Counted from the stretch's first letter, positions 49,930 through 63,522 are shown. The stretch: DNA of 64,000 bases from Terriglobia bacterium (GCA_963666975.2 CAXVYR010000004.1:1536001-1600000); one strand, 5' to 3'. Program-made: numbers and translations. Notes: a model not told the origin generated them from the sequence alone.

Positions 49930-50073
49930 CCGAGCCGCAACCGCCAGGGAGCGGTCAACCAAGCTTTGCTTACTCACTTGGCGTTCAGGGTCCGCTTGCT
50001 GATCCCTCGGCTATGCTCCCTTCGGCTTCGCTCAGGGCAGGCAGGGCAGGCAGGGCAGGCGCGCGCGGCTCGG
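49930..50073. repeat. REP-like pair with nested CAGGGCAGG modules
   Basis: CCGAGCCGCAACCGCCAGGGAGCGG ... CCGCTTGCT[...]CGCGCGCGGCTCGG. Confidence 0.7.
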
Positions 50074-50081
50074 GTTTTTTC

Positions 50082-52763
<2,682 letters not shown>

Positions 52764-53045
52764 GATGGCACCTTTCTTTGTTCTTTTCTCTTCGCTCTTT
52801 GCCGGAACGTTAGCTGCTTTCCTCGCGCGGAGAAAACCGCTCGAGGGACTTTCGGCGCGGAGGCTATGTGGATCGATCCCGGCGGGATTGTTGCCAGCTT
52901 CTGGCAGAATGTTTCATGCTAGCACAGTGCCACGGCGGTGAGATTGCTTCTTTCACCACTCCTTTCATAGGGAACGGAAATTTGAAGGTTCCTGTGCGGA
53001 TTTGTTATGATGCATGGAGCTTGGCCGAACACTGGCGCAGCATGC

Positions 53046-53123
53046 GTCCCCATCGTCTAGTCTGGCCTAGGACACCGCCCTTTCACGGCGGCGACGGGGG
53101 TTCAAATCCCCCTGGGGACGCCA
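53046..53123 (+). tRNA. tRNA-Glu (UUC)
   Basis: GTCCCCA/TGGGGAC acceptor stem, anticodon arm CCGCC-CTTTCAC-GGCGG, GGTTCAAATCC T-arm and encoded CCA. Confidence 0.97.
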
Positions 53124-53146
53124 TTTTATTTCAGGCGCTTTCGGGC

Positions 53147-53376
53147 TCAGGTTCCGGTAGGGCTTTTTTCTCGGTAACGCCTGGGTAACACAGATTGCCG
53201 AAAACGGCATCCACTCCCCCTCACAGCCTCCTCCAAGAACGCCGGAGAAAGGTACTGGTAACGGGCGGCCATTCTCAGGTCCTTGTGGCCGAGCAACTGC
53301 GCCACTGTGTGGATGTCAGCCCCTTTCATACGCAGCCAACTGGCCGCCGTGTGTCTGCAATCATGGAGGTGGTGCA
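53147..53376 (-). pseudogene. Tyrosine integrase C-terminal fragment
   Basis: LHDCRHTAASWL...VAQLLGHKDLRMAARY (HxxR, H and Y catalytic motifs) next to the tRNA 3' end. Confidence 0.82.
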
Positions 53377-53399
53377 AAAAGGGCCTGGTCAGGTCACTC

Positions 53400-54905
53400 T
53401 TATTTCGCTCCAGGTACTTGTACCAACGGAGCTTCGCCTTCCAGCCCTTGCACGACCTGTACCCCCAAAGCGGCCAGGGGGGTGGCACCCCCTTTGAGGA
53501 GCAAACTCGCCGTACCTTGGTAGACTATGCGAGGTTGCATGTCGAAGTCATCCCCCAGACCTACCGTATGGACTCTCTGCGCGATACTCAGCGGCGTCTG
53601 TCCGAACTTGTCCATTACATTCATTCTGGCGTCCTTTTCCATCAGGAACTGAACGATTTTCTCCGCCCCCAGGTATGCTGTGGCGTGCAATGCGGTCTGG
53701 CCGTACGCATTAGCCGCATTGACAACAGCACCCAGTTCCAGCGCCAGATTGATGGCTTCCAGGGCCCTATTCTCCTCCTCCTCCGTGAACGGCGGATAGT
53801 TGGTCCGGTACCGGCCCGCCCCCGCTGCCGCCATCAGAGGCGTGGTTTCCGCCACCATGCGGAGCCTGCGTCCATTCGATGAACTCAGAAACACTGTCGC
53901 GGTCGTCGCCAGCCGTGGATCGGCGCCGCCGGCCGCCAGGAGGCGCATGACAGCGATATGATGGGCGGCGGTTGCCAGGAAAAACGGCGTAGCGCCAACC
54001 TGAATAATGTGCGAGTCGCCTCTGGCCGGATTCCTGATGAGTTGAGCGTTCGGATTCGCTCCACGTGCCAGGAGCGCCTTCACCGCTTCCAGCATGTTCT
54101 CCGCAGCCGCGTTGTGGAGAGCAGTATATCCGTCGCGGTCTGTCACGTTGGGATCCGCGCCCTTCTCCAGCAGAAATAGCGCGAGCTTCTCGTGGCGACT
54201 GGCTGTCGCCACCGCCAATACGCTCATTCCCTCCAGCGTAGCCTCATTCACGTTCGCTCCGGCTTCCAGCAACATCCGTGCAGAGTCCAGATCGCCCTGA
54301 TGAGCAGCAAACAACACCGGCGTGAACCCGCCACGGGTACGGGCACTTGCGTCCGCTCCGTTCTCGATCAACGCCCGCACGACCTCCCGGTGTTTCTCCG
54401 CTATCGCCCACATCAGCGCCGTCTGTCCGCCTCGGATTTCCTTCGCGTTTATGTCCGCTCCGCGGGCCAGCAACGATTTTACGGCGTCCCCCATTCCCCT
54501 GCCGGCGCAAGCCATAAGCGCCGTCTCGCCTGACCGCAGCGCGGGGTTCGGATCCGCTCCCGCCTCGAGTAGCTTTTCGACCCCGGCGGCGTTCCCGTTG
54601 GCGCAAGCCAGCCAGAGAGCAGTGGCGCCGTACTCGTTCGCAGCGTTCACGTCTGCGCCTGCGCGAATCAGAAGCTCTGCCGTTTCCAGATCATCCAGAT
54701 GGACCGCCCACATCAGAGCTGTCGCCCCATCCGGCTGGGTCGCATTCACGTCGGCATGTGCCTTTAGCAGGGAGCGCACGGCCTTCTGGTCTCCCTTCTC
54801 GACCGCCTCCACTAGCTGCAGATCGCCGCTGGGAGCGGCAAGGCTCGCGACCGACAGCAGAGGTATCAGCCATAAACCGCGCAGTCCTTTTGCCTTGATA
54901 CCCAT
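53400..54905 (-). CDS. Secreted ankyrin-repeat protein
   Basis: Signal peptide and many GxTAL(M/H)xA repeats; typical partner of DUF1552/DUF1592. Confidence 0.9.
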   Translation of the reverse strand: MGIKAKGLRGLWLIPLLSVASLAAPSGDLQLVEAVEKGDQKAVRSLLKAHADVNATQPDGATALMWAVHLDDLETAELLIRAGADVNAANEYGATALWLACANGNAAGVEKLLEAGADPNPALRSGETALMACAGRGMGDAVKSLLARGADINAKEIRGGQTALMWAIAEKHREVVRALIENGADASARTRGGFTPVLFAAHQGDLDSARMLLEAGANVNEATLEGMSVLAVATASRHEKLALFLLEKGADPNVTDRDGYTALHNAAAENMLEAVKALLARGANPNAQLIRNPARGDSHIIQVGATPFFLATAAHHIAVMRLLAAGGADPRLATTATVFLSSSNGRRLRMVAETTPLMAAAGAGRYRTNYPPFTEEEENRALEAINLALELGAVVNAANAYGQTALHATAYLGAEKIVQFLMEKDARMNVMDKFGQTPLSIAQRVHTVGLGDDFDMQPRIVYQGTASLLLKGGATPLAALGVQVVQGLEGEAPLVQVPGAK

Positions 54906-55140
54906 GCTCGTCCCTCCTTTCATCCGGCGACCGGGATCCACGATGCTGTTAGCGGGTTTGCGCTCTGGGGTGATTTCATGCTGTTTTGTAAACAGCGGGA
55001 GCCTCGGTATAAGGATGGAAAACACGATGAGCGATAAAGCCGCCTGGGAGCCCGCCCGGCTGGCGCCCCTTCGGGCCCAACAGCCCGGCTCGATGTTGCT
55101 TTCGTGCCTGACACCGTAGCGCCAATCCCGTCACCGCCAT

Positions 55141-56487
55141 CTACACGGAGGGAAGGTCAAGCCTTCCGCTGCTGTCGCCGAACTTCTCAGACGGAACCCC
55201 CGCTTTCTCCAACAGGGTCAAGTACAAATTTGTCAGCGGCGTACCCTTTGGATACCGGAGGTGACGCCCACCCTTGACATGGGCCGCTCCTCCACCCGCT
55301 AACAGGATGGGCAGGTCTACAGGGACATGTTTATTGCCGTCGCTCAGGCCGCTGCCGTAGACGATCATTGAATGGTCCAACAGGGAGCCATCGCCGTCCG
55401 GCGTAGACCGCAGCTTCTCGAGGAAATAGGCGAACATCTCGGCATGGAAGATGTTGACCGTAAGCGCCTTCGCAATCTTTTCGGGATCGCCCTGGTGATG
55501 CGTCAACGGGTGATACGGATCGCTAATGCCCAGCTCGGGGTAGCTCTGGTTGCCCATTTCGTGGCCCACCTGGAGGGTGCTGACGCGTGTCAGGTCGGAC
55601 TGGTAAGCCAGTGCCTGCAAATCAAACATTAGCCTGAGATGCTCTCCGGCTGTGTCCGGGATACCACCGGGCCGCTCCAATGTCGGCAGCTTCCGGGAAG
55701 GATTTTCCTCAGCCTTCTGGATGCGCCGCTCGAGGTCGCGAATGGCGTCGAGATACTGGTTGACCCGAGTGCGGTCGCTCGGACCCAGCCCAGTCAGGAG
55801 CCGAGTCACCTCCTGCGTTACAAAATCGAGAATGCTGCGGTTCTTCTGGATTCGAGCGTGCCGCTCCGCCGGGTCCGTGCTGTCGCTGCTTCCGAACAAG
55901 CGTTCGAACACGGCGCGCGGTTGGTTCTGCATCGGCAGCGGCGTCTTTGAGTCGCGCCAGCAAATCGTGTTGGTGTAGGAGCAACCACCGTCGCAAGTGC
56001 CCAGTACCTCGGCCGATTCGATCCCGAGCTCCAGCGAGGCCAGCTCTGTATGTTTTTTGAGTTCCTGGGCGGCGACTTGGTCCACCGAGATACCTGCGCT
56101 CAGCTCTGTCACTCTCGAATTCACGTAAACACCCGTCAGGAAGGCTGCGCTGGCGCGCGGATGCTCTCCCGAGTTATCCTTGCCCGGCACTCCCCAAGCT
56201 TGCTTGGAATCCAGCCCGCTCAGCACCAGAAGCTGCTCCCGAAAGGGAGCGAGCGGCTTCAGAATCGGAGTGAACTCGAAAGCGGCGCCCTCCGCCGCCG
56301 GGGTCCACCGATCCATAATCGCGCCGTTCGGAACATAGACAAACGTCAGGCGGATCGGGGGTTTGGCCGCGGTGTCGCTGGCCGCTGCGAACGCCGGGAC
56401 CATGGAGTCCAGCAGCGGCAGTGCCAGCGTCGCGCTGGCCCCGCGCAAAAAGGCGCGGCGTGGAATCACTTTCTTGAAAATCATCAT
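55141..56487 (-). CDS. DUF1552 domain protein (Tat-like signal)
   Basis: PRRAFLRG...LALPLLDSM, YVPNG, SVDQVAAQ, HPLTHH and YGSGLSDGNKH. Confidence 0.9.
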   Translation of the reverse strand: MMIFKKVIPRRAFLRGASATLALPLLDSMVPAFAAASDTAAKPPIRLTFVYVPNGAIMDRWTPAAEGAAFEFTPILKPLAPFREQLLVLSGLDSKQAWGVPGKDNSGEHPRASAAFLTGVYVNSRVTELSAGISVDQVAAQELKKHTELASLELGIESAEVLGTCDGGCSYTNTICWRDSKTPLPMQNQPRAVFERLFGSSDSTDPAERHARIQKNRSILDFVTQEVTRLLTGLGPSDRTRVNQYLDAIRDLERRIQKAEENPSRKLPTLERPGGIPDTAGEHLRLMFDLQALAYQSDLTRVSTLQVGHEMGNQSYPELGISDPYHPLTHHQGDPEKIAKALTVNIFHAEMFAYFLEKLRSTPDGDGSLLDHSMIVYGSGLSDGNKHVPVDLPILLAGGGAAHVKGGRHLRYPKGTPLTNLYLTLLEKAGVPSEKFGDSSGRLDLPSV

Positions 56488-58829
56488 CGCTGCTGGGACC
56501 TCCTCATCTGAAACGGCTGGCTTTTGACGATGCCTCCGATTAGCGACGACCAACGGTATTCACTGGGCGCCGCCTCCCGTGTGATCTTGCGGATGACAGG
56601 AATATCGTAATATTCCACCGCCCGGCCCAGGGCGTACGTGAAAAGTTTTTCGGTCAAGGTGTGGACGAATGCTTCGCGGCGGCTCAGCAAGATCTCCCGG
56701 AGCTCAGCCGGACCCTGGAATTTGGTGCCGTCGGGCAGGACCCCGGACGCATCGATAGGGGTCTTTGCCTCGGTGGTTCGCCACTGGCCGATCGCATCAA
56801 AGTTTTCGAGCGCGAAGCCCAGCGGGTCCATCAGCTTGTGGCAGCTCGCGCAGGCGGGATTCGCACGGTGCTGCTCCATCCGCTGGCGCATCGTCAGGGC
56901 CTTCGCATGCTTGTCCTCCTTCAGCGACGGAACGTTCGGGGGCGGCGGAGGGGGTGGCGTGCCCAGGATATTTTCCAGCAACCACTTGCCCCGGAGAGTG
57001 GGGGCGGTCCGAGTGGCATACGATGTGACCGCCAGAATGCTGCCTTGGCCTAGCAATCCTCTTCGATTGGGATCGTTGAGCGCTACGCGCCGAAAGCGGC
57101 TGCCGTAAACTTCCTCAATCCCGTAGTGCCGGGCCAAACGTTCGTTGAGAAAAGTGTAGTCTGCATTCAACAAATCCAGCACGCTGCGATTCTCTTGCAC
57201 AATGCTTTCGAAGAAAAGCTCCGTCTCTTTGATAAACGCCTTCCGGAGATTTTCATCGAAATTGGGGAATACTGCCAGATCCGGCGCCTTCGTCCGCATA
57301 TTGCGCAGGAACAGCCACTGCCCGGCAAAATTGCTCACCAAAGCCTGCGAGCGGGAATGGCGAAGCATGCGTCGTACCTGCTGTTCCAGCACCGCAGGAT
57401 CTTTGAGCCGGCCCCGTTCGGCCAGGTCCAGAAGCTCGTCGTCGGGCATGCTGCTCCAGAGGAAAAACGACAACCGGGAAGCCAGTTCAACGTCGCTGAT
57501 GCGATAGGCCGTATCCGGGGCCACATTCGCCGGATCGCGCTCGGCGCGGAACAGGAATCCCGGGCTAACCAGCATTCCCTCAATCGCCGTCCGGATTCCT
57601 ACTTCGAACCCCGCTTTGCTGCGGCCAGTCCTGTAAAGGCTCAGCAGAGGCTGGGTGTCTTGCTCGGTGACCGGCCGGCGGTAAGCGCGGCGCGCCAGAG
57701 CGTGGAGAATCTTCTTGGCGCAAGCTTCCTCGTCCGCGATAGCGGCTGGGCGGCACAAAAAAATCTTGCGGCGGCTGGCCGTCTCCCCCGGCCCTCTGGC
57801 GTTGTAAGGTCCGTCGATGGTGACACTGCCCACGCCCTCGAAAGCAACCGTCCTCCGATACCCCCCATCGCGCGGAATACCTTCCGGCTTCAGGGTGTCT
57901 TTCAGGAACGTGACCCCAACCAGCCGGGGACCCGCTTTCGCCGAGAAGCGAACTTCCAGGCCTGCATCCGCCGTGTGTTCGTAATCTTTCCTGCCGTTGC
58001 GCTCGCCGCCAACCTGGAACAGCTTGATTCTGGCGCCATCCAGGCGGACATCGAGCTGCTTCGGCTCGTAGATGGCAATGATGTTCCCCAGGTTGTCTCT
58101 TTGAAGGCGGACCTTAATGACGTATTCGCCGTCCACCGGGAAGTGATGGCGGATGGCGACTCCCCCACGCGACCCGAACGGGAGAGCTTCGCTGATGCGA
58201 TCGTTTTGCCGGAGGGAATTGGAAAGATCGTACTCCTCCAGGACGGGAGGGATGCCAGTATCTCCAATGGCAAGGCGACTGATCTGCTCTGCCACTGTAA
58301 GGTATCGTTCAAACAGCACCGGCGATACCGCCAAGACGTCCGCAATGTTGTCAAAACCGTGGGCCGCATCATCGGCGGGAAGCAGTGATCTCTCGTCGAT
58401 TTCAATTCCAAGCAGATCGCGGATCGAGTTGGCGTATTCGGATCGGTTGAGACGATGGACGGCGGCTAGGCTGCCGGGATTGGGCCTGGCCTCGGCTGCG
58501 CGGTCCAGCTCCATTTCTACGTACGCCGCAAAGGAGTCAGAGGTGGCTTGATCCGGCCGCGGCATGCCAGGCGGCGGCATCTGTCCAGCCCGAAGTTTGC
58601 GGATAACCTTCTCCCATACCTCCGCGTCTGCGGGAACATTCTCGATGTCCACCTGGCTGAGAATCAGTCCCGCCGTTTTGAGTTTTTCATTGTGGCAGGC
58701 GATGCAGTACTGGTTGAGCACTGCACGGTATTGTGATGGCGCCTGCGGATCAGGGCTCGACAGCTCCTGCGCAGATACCGGGAGACAGCCGACTGCGGCC
58801 ACCGCCAGGCCCAGAATCGTTCTGAACAT
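56484..58829 (-). CDS. DUF1592-family multi-domain cytochrome c protein
   Basis: CIACH, MPP, HRLNRSEY, ELASRLSFFLWSS, FAGQWL and CASCH...DPLGFALENFD. Confidence 0.9.
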   Translation of the reverse strand: MFRTILGLAVAAVGCLPVSAQELSSPDPQAPSQYRAVLNQYCIACHNEKLKTAGLILSQVDIENVPADAEVWEKVIRKLRAGQMPPPGMPRPDQATSDSFAAYVEMELDRAAEARPNPGSLAAVHRLNRSEYANSIRDLLGIEIDERSLLPADDAAHGFDNIADVLAVSPVLFERYLTVAEQISRLAIGDTGIPPVLEEYDLSNSLRQNDRISEALPFGSRGGVAIRHHFPVDGEYVIKVRLQRDNLGNIIAIYEPKQLDVRLDGARIKLFQVGGERNGRKDYEHTADAGLEVRFSAKAGPRLVGVTFLKDTLKPEGIPRDGGYRRTVAFEGVGSVTIDGPYNARGPGETASRRKIFLCRPAAIADEEACAKKILHALARRAYRRPVTEQDTQPLLSLYRTGRSKAGFEVGIRTAIEGMLVSPGFLFRAERDPANVAPDTAYRISDVELASRLSFFLWSSMPDDELLDLAERGRLKDPAVLEQQVRRMLRHSRSQALVSNFAGQWLFLRNMRTKAPDLAVFPNFDENLRKAFIKETELFFESIVQENRSVLDLLNADYTFLNERLARHYGIEEVYGSRFRRVALNDPNRRGLLGQGSILAVTSYATRTAPTLRGKWLLENILGTPPPPPPPNVPSLKEDKHAKALTMRQRMEQHRANPACASCHKLMDPLGFALENFDAIGQWRTTEAKTPIDASGVLPDGTKFQGPAELREILLSRREAFVHTLTEKLFTYALGRAVEYYDIPVIRKITREAAPSEYRWSSLIGGIVKSQPFQMRRSQQR

Positions 58830-59301
58830 TATCGTCCATCTCCTGTTTTGCTAGCTAATCCTAGCAGGCAAAAATAGTTAGGTCAATTGGGAAAAAGCAT
58901 GGGGCTATCGTTCCGTTGGGCACCATCACGCACTCGTTGGGAAGTAAGAATCTTGCCGGTGGAACCAAACGAGGTCTAAAAAAAAGGAGCGGCCGGTGTG
59001 CCTTTTTCTAGTCGCCAGAAAACCGGAGCCGCTTTCGGAGGGTAGGAGGCGGGTGCTTGTGAGGGATTCTTCCTCGCGGAGGGAGTCAGTATCTGCGGGC
59101 CGTCCGGCAGTGAGATCCGATGGAGATCTGCTCCAGGGAAGTTTTCTGTTCTGCGGTTGGACGGTCCTGACGTATGATTCTAAATCAGGGTAACTCGGAA
59201 TCCCATCCTGGCCTGGAGGCTGACCGGTAGATGTAAATACGGATTCACAGCCTTGCGGCCCGGACCAGATTTACGGCGTGCCTTTGGATAGGAGGATACG
59301 G

Positions 59302-60618
59302 ATGTCACCCAACCCAACCCTTGCGGCCAGCCTGACCGTTGCCAGTTGCCTGTTGCTGGCTTGCGGGGCGCCTCCGCAGAATGGCCAGCCTTCGCGGAAC
59401 AACCTTGACCCTGTCGTAGAAATCGGACCGGCAGAGAACCTGCGCCTTCCCGAACCCTATGCGACTCCTGTGGCACTCAGGCGCCCGAAGATCATCGGCT
59501 GGCCGGCGGGACACGCCCCGGCCGCGCCGCCTGGCTTTCGAGTGGATCGATTCGCAGAAGACCTGGAAAACCCGCGCTCGCTTTATGTGCTTCCCGATGG
59601 CGATGTGCTGGTGGCGGAATCAGACCGCATGGATGAGGTGGCCATAGGCCCTTCGGCGAACCGGATCACCTTGCTGCGGGATGCCGACCAGGATGGCAGC
59701 CCCGAGGTCCGCGAAGTCTTCCTGACGGGTCTGAATCAGCCGTTCGGGATGCTGCTTCTCGGCGGGAGCTTCTATGTTGCTAACACGGACGGGCTTGTCC
59801 GCTATCCCTACCGGCCGGGCCAAACACGGATCTCCGCGCCAGGGGAAAAAATCCTGGACCTGCCCGCCGGCGGGGAGCACTGGACGCGCAACGTCATCGC
59901 GAGCGCGGATGGATCAAAACTATACGTCGCCGTCGGTGCCTCCACCAATGTGGATGAGGAAAGGATCGACGTCAACGACGAGCGGCGCGCTGCCATCCTG
60001 GAAGTAAATCCCGACGGCAGCCAGATGCGCGTCTTCGCGAGCGGGCTCCGTAATGCCGTGGGCATGGGCTGGGAGCCGGAGACTAATACCTTATGGACGG
60101 TTGTGAATGCGCGTGGCTACCTGGGCGACCAATTGCCGCCGGATTACTTCACCAGCGTGCAGGAAGGGACTTTCTACGGCTGGCCATACTCCTACTTTGG
60201 GCAATACGAAGACCCTCGGAAGAAGGGCGAGCGGCCGGACCTGGTCGCCCGGGCTGTCGCGCCGGACTATGCCCTGGGCGCCCATCATGCCCCGCTGGGT
60301 CTTGTCTTCTATAACGGTGCAGCATTCCCCCAGCAATACCGCGGGGGCGCGTTCATTGCTGAACACGGATCTGTGGGTCGCGCGAACTTCGTCGGCTACA
60401 AGGTGCTGTTTCTACCTTTCCAGAATGGGCAGCCGAGTGGGCTCGGTCAGGATTTCCTTGCCGGCTTCATAGCCAATGAGGAGACGTCTGAGGTCTATGG
60501 CCGGCCGACCGGCCTGGCGGTCCTGCTCGACGGGTCCTTGCTGGTTTCCGATGACGTGTCGAGGACGATATGGCGTGTGAGTGCAGCAGGGGCGGAGAAC
60601 TCAAACCGTTCAAATTGA
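59302..60618 (+). CDS. Sorbosone/PQQ-dependent sugar dehydrogenase-family lipoprotein
   Basis: Lipobox LLAC; HWTRNV, GLRNAVG, FYGWPY, AEHGS and GRPTG motifs. Confidence 0.88.
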   Translation: MSPNPTLAASLTVASCLLLACGAPPQNGQPSRNNLDPVVEIGPAENLRLPEPYATPVALRRPKIIGWPAGHAPAAPPGFRVDRFAEDLENPRSLYVLPDGDVLVAESDRMDEVAIGPSANRITLLRDADQDGSPEVREVFLTGLNQPFGMLLLGGSFYVANTDGLVRYPYRPGQTRISAPGEKILDLPAGGEHWTRNVIASADGSKLYVAVGASTNVDEERIDVNDERRAAILEVNPDGSQMRVFASGLRNAVGMGWEPETNTLWTVVNARGYLGDQLPPDYFTSVQEGTFYGWPYSYFGQYEDPRKKGERPDLVARAVAPDYALGAHHAPLGLVFYNGAAFPQQYRGGAFIAEHGSVGRANFVGYKVLFLPFQNGQPSGLGQDFLAGFIANEETSEVYGRPTGLAVLLDGSLLVSDDVSRTIWRVSAAGAENSNRSN

Positions 60619-60639
60619 CATGGAGATTTGTCGTAGAGA

Positions 60640-63471
60640 ATGGCTCGGAAAATACATTGCTTGATCAGTATCCTGCTCTGCGGCTCTCTGCCTTGTTTGG
60701 CAGCAGTCATTCAGGGCGAGGTTACCGATGCGCAGGGTAGAGCGATTGCTGGTGTCTCCATTGAAGTGCGGCAGGCGGATTCCAGCTTCCGCATATCAGT
60801 CCTGACCGGAGAGAATGGCGATTATTCTCTCGACGACCTGCCTCCCGGCACCTACACGCTACGCGCCAGGAAGGACGGATATGCCGAATCGGTTCAGGGG
60901 CCGATCCCGGCCCTGCAGGACACAGCCAGCGTCGTGGTCAACTTCCGTATTTCCCAGAGCGGCGGGAGCGAAGTCTTGCGCGGAGCCGAGGAGCGCAACC
61001 CCAACGACTTCATTCTCCGCCTCGATACCAACGCTATTCAGAATGAGCTTTCCCGCGTCGGGGCCTCCCTCCGATACATTCCGGAGTTTCGTTCGGATCG
61101 GAGCTATTACGGTGAGCAGTTCGGTTATCCGTTGCGCGGTGTGGAGTTGGCTTCGCACCGGAGGCCGCTCCAGGGTTTCCATGGGTCCTTTTATGAGTTT
61201 CACAATAACAATGCCCTCAATACACGGCCTTTCTTCCAGGTGAGCTCACTCAAACCCTCCCGGAGCAATCAGTACGGCTTCTCGGTTTCCGGTCCGATCC
61301 TTTCCGAGAAGTTGTCCTACCGGTTTGCCTGGGGGCAGATCCGCGACTCTGGATTTGTGAACGGCAATGTGCAGGTTCCGCTGGCAAACGAGAGGCAGCC
61401 CCGCTCGGAGGATCCGGAGAAGAATGCCATCATCGCAGCTTTTCTCAACGGATTTCCGGAGGAGCCCCCCAACAGAACGGAATTCACTCCCCGGCACCTG
61501 AACACTAATGCGCGTCGCGACATTCGCAATACCGCATTTTCGCTGCATCTGGATTATCAACCCCGCTCCACGGACCAGATCGCGTACGATCAGCAATTCT
61601 CGGACTATTCCCAGGAACCCTTTGAGTTGGTGGCGGGTCAGAACCCGGAGACTCTCTTGCGGCCGCAGAGCTATCGTCTCTCCCATAGCCACAGTTTCTC
61701 CCCACAAACGATCTCCCGGCTCGCGTTCAACTACGATCGTCTGCGAGCTATCTTGTCCCCGACGACGCGCTACCGGAATCTGCTGCTGGATGTGGGCATC
61801 GAGGTAGTGCCGGATGTGGAACTCGGGGACGAACTGACCAATCTGGGGATGCCGCAGCGGGGGATACCTATCAAACGCTTCGAGAACCATTTTCTGTTTT
61901 CCTCCCAAATATCGCACATCCGGGGCCGTCATGCTTTGTCGATGGGCTTTAGCTGGAAGCGCCTTCAGGACAACGACCTGCGAAATGACCACACTCGCAA
62001 GACACTTTCTTTTCGCAATGATTTTGGCCGCACGGCAGTGGAAAATTTTCTGCTGGGCGTGCCAAGCCGGATGTTTATCGGGACTGGGAATCGATATATT
62101 GGCAGTCGGAATTGGGAATATGTTTTCTACTTGCAGGATCGTTTCACGGTCAGTCCCAGTTTCTTTCTCAATTTGGGGATCCGCTATGAAATTCTCACCG
62201 CCCCCCGGGATGTAACCGGCCGCATCCCATTTCTTTACGGCACGGATGCCAATAACTTTGCTCCGCAGTTTGGTTTTGCATGGAACCCCGGTCAAGGGAG
62301 GACTGTGATTCGGGGAGGATATGGAGTCGCTTTCGGAACCATTTCGGTGGCGACTTACAGTCGCCAGCGCTCGAATCCTCCCAATAGCAGCATCGAAGTC
62401 ATCCCGGTTCCTGACTTGCTCGATATACGGAAGACCATCGCGCCGGAGGTCGATCCAGACGTAATAGCGAACCAGAACATCGTGGGGCCGGACTTGGTCG
62501 TTCCCTATTCCCACATCTACAACCTGGCAGTGGAACGGGAGTTGCCCGCAAATACTATTCTCAGGGTTGGATACCTCGGCAGCAGAACGTTCAAGATGTT
62601 TACGGGTGCAGTCTTCAACCGCGCCCAGCCTGTTGACGGTATTCTTGCGACCTCGGCGAATGTGAACCAGAGGCGGCCGGATCCCAGGTTCCACCGAATT
62701 TACAATATCATCAACAGTTCGATCGGTTATCTGGACGCCTTGCAAGTCACGGTGAACAAACGGAGTAGTCGGGGACTCGCCTTCCAAGCGAGGTACGCCT
62801 TCAGCAAGGCCATCGATACGAGCGGGCACGATTTCGCCGACATTGGCTCCGGCGCGGATGTGAGTCAGACCTCGGAGTTGTTCTCGGATCTGAAAGGGCT
62901 CAGCCGGTTTGATACGCCGCACTCTTTCTCCGTCAGCTATAGCTACGAAATGCCGGCAGGCTTGGCGGGCCAAGGCTTTCTGTCATTTCTGTTGGGGAGG
63001 TGGACCGTTTCCGGGACGACCATTTTCCGGTCCGGCACGCCCTTTTCGGTCTTCACCGGGTCCGATGCCCCGGGCTTCGGCAATGTGGACGGCGAGAGCG
63101 ATGACAGGCCCAACCTCCTCCATCCCGGCATTCTGGGAGCGAGCGTGGACCATCCCGATACGGCCACATCCATCCTCCGGCGGGAATACTTTGATACGAA
63201 CCTTCCCGTGGGTGGCCGAGGCAACCTGGGATACCGTACTTTTCGCAAGGATGGCACCAATAATTGGAATCTTGCCTTGGCGAAGAGCTTTCCGTTATCA
63301 GCGGCTGATCCTGGAAAGCAGCTTCAGTTCCGGGTTGCTTTCTTCAATTTCCTCAATCACGCGCAGTTCAGCGCGCCGGGCAGTTCTGTTTCCTCGCCAA
63401 CGTTTGGAAAAATTACTAACACAGTGAACAAGGGACGCGTTACGCAGTTCATGCTTCGGCTTCTCTTCTAA
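60640..63471 (+). CDS. TonB-dependent receptor-like protein (carboxypeptidase-regulatory-like N-domain, Oar type)
   Basis: GEVTDAQG...LPPGTYTL, NLGIRYE, NNFAPQFGFAW, GNLGYRTFR and a terminal Phe. Confidence 0.88.
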   Translation: MARKIHCLISILLCGSLPCLAAVIQGEVTDAQGRAIAGVSIEVRQADSSFRISVLTGENGDYSLDDLPPGTYTLRARKDGYAESVQGPIPALQDTASVVVNFRISQSGGSEVLRGAEERNPNDFILRLDTNAIQNELSRVGASLRYIPEFRSDRSYYGEQFGYPLRGVELASHRRPLQGFHGSFYEFHNNNALNTRPFFQVSSLKPSRSNQYGFSVSGPILSEKLSYRFAWGQIRDSGFVNGNVQVPLANERQPRSEDPEKNAIIAAFLNGFPEEPPNRTEFTPRHLNTNARRDIRNTAFSLHLDYQPRSTDQIAYDQQFSDYSQEPFELVAGQNPETLLRPQSYRLSHSHSFSPQTISRLAFNYDRLRAILSPTTRYRNLLLDVGIEVVPDVELGDELTNLGMPQRGIPIKRFENHFLFSSQISHIRGRHALSMGFSWKRLQDNDLRNDHTRKTLSFRNDFGRTAVENFLLGVPSRMFIGTGNRYIGSRNWEYVFYLQDRFTVSPSFFLNLGIRYEILTAPRDVTGRIPFLYGTDANNFAPQFGFAWNPGQGRTVIRGGYGVAFGTISVATYSRQRSNPPNSSIEVIPVPDLLDIRKTIAPEVDPDVIANQNIVGPDLVVPYSHIYNLAVERELPANTILRVGYLGSRTFKMFTGAVFNRAQPVDGILATSANVNQRRPDPRFHRIYNIINSSIGYLDALQVTVNKRSSRGLAFQARYAFSKAIDTSGHDFADIGSGADVSQTSELFSDLKGLSRFDTPHSFSVSYSYEMPAGLAGQGFLSFLLGRWTVSGTTIFRSGTPFSVFTGSDAPGFGNVDGESDDRPNLLHPGILGASVDHPDTATSILRREYFDTNLPVGGRGNLGYRTFRKDGTNNWNLALAKSFPLSAADPGKQLQFRVAFFNFLNHAQFSAPGSSVSSPTFGKITNTVNKGRVTQFMLRLLF

Positions 63472-63522
63472 CTTGGCAATCATACCTTGCGGAGAGCAGG
63501 GAAGACTTATCATCAAAAGGGC

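Noticed and set aside
61246-62973. Long antisense ORFs (also 13177-14367, 24171-25352, 50352-51671 and others)
   Set aside because: Shadow frames of real genes in GC-rich DNA, with no motifs of their own.
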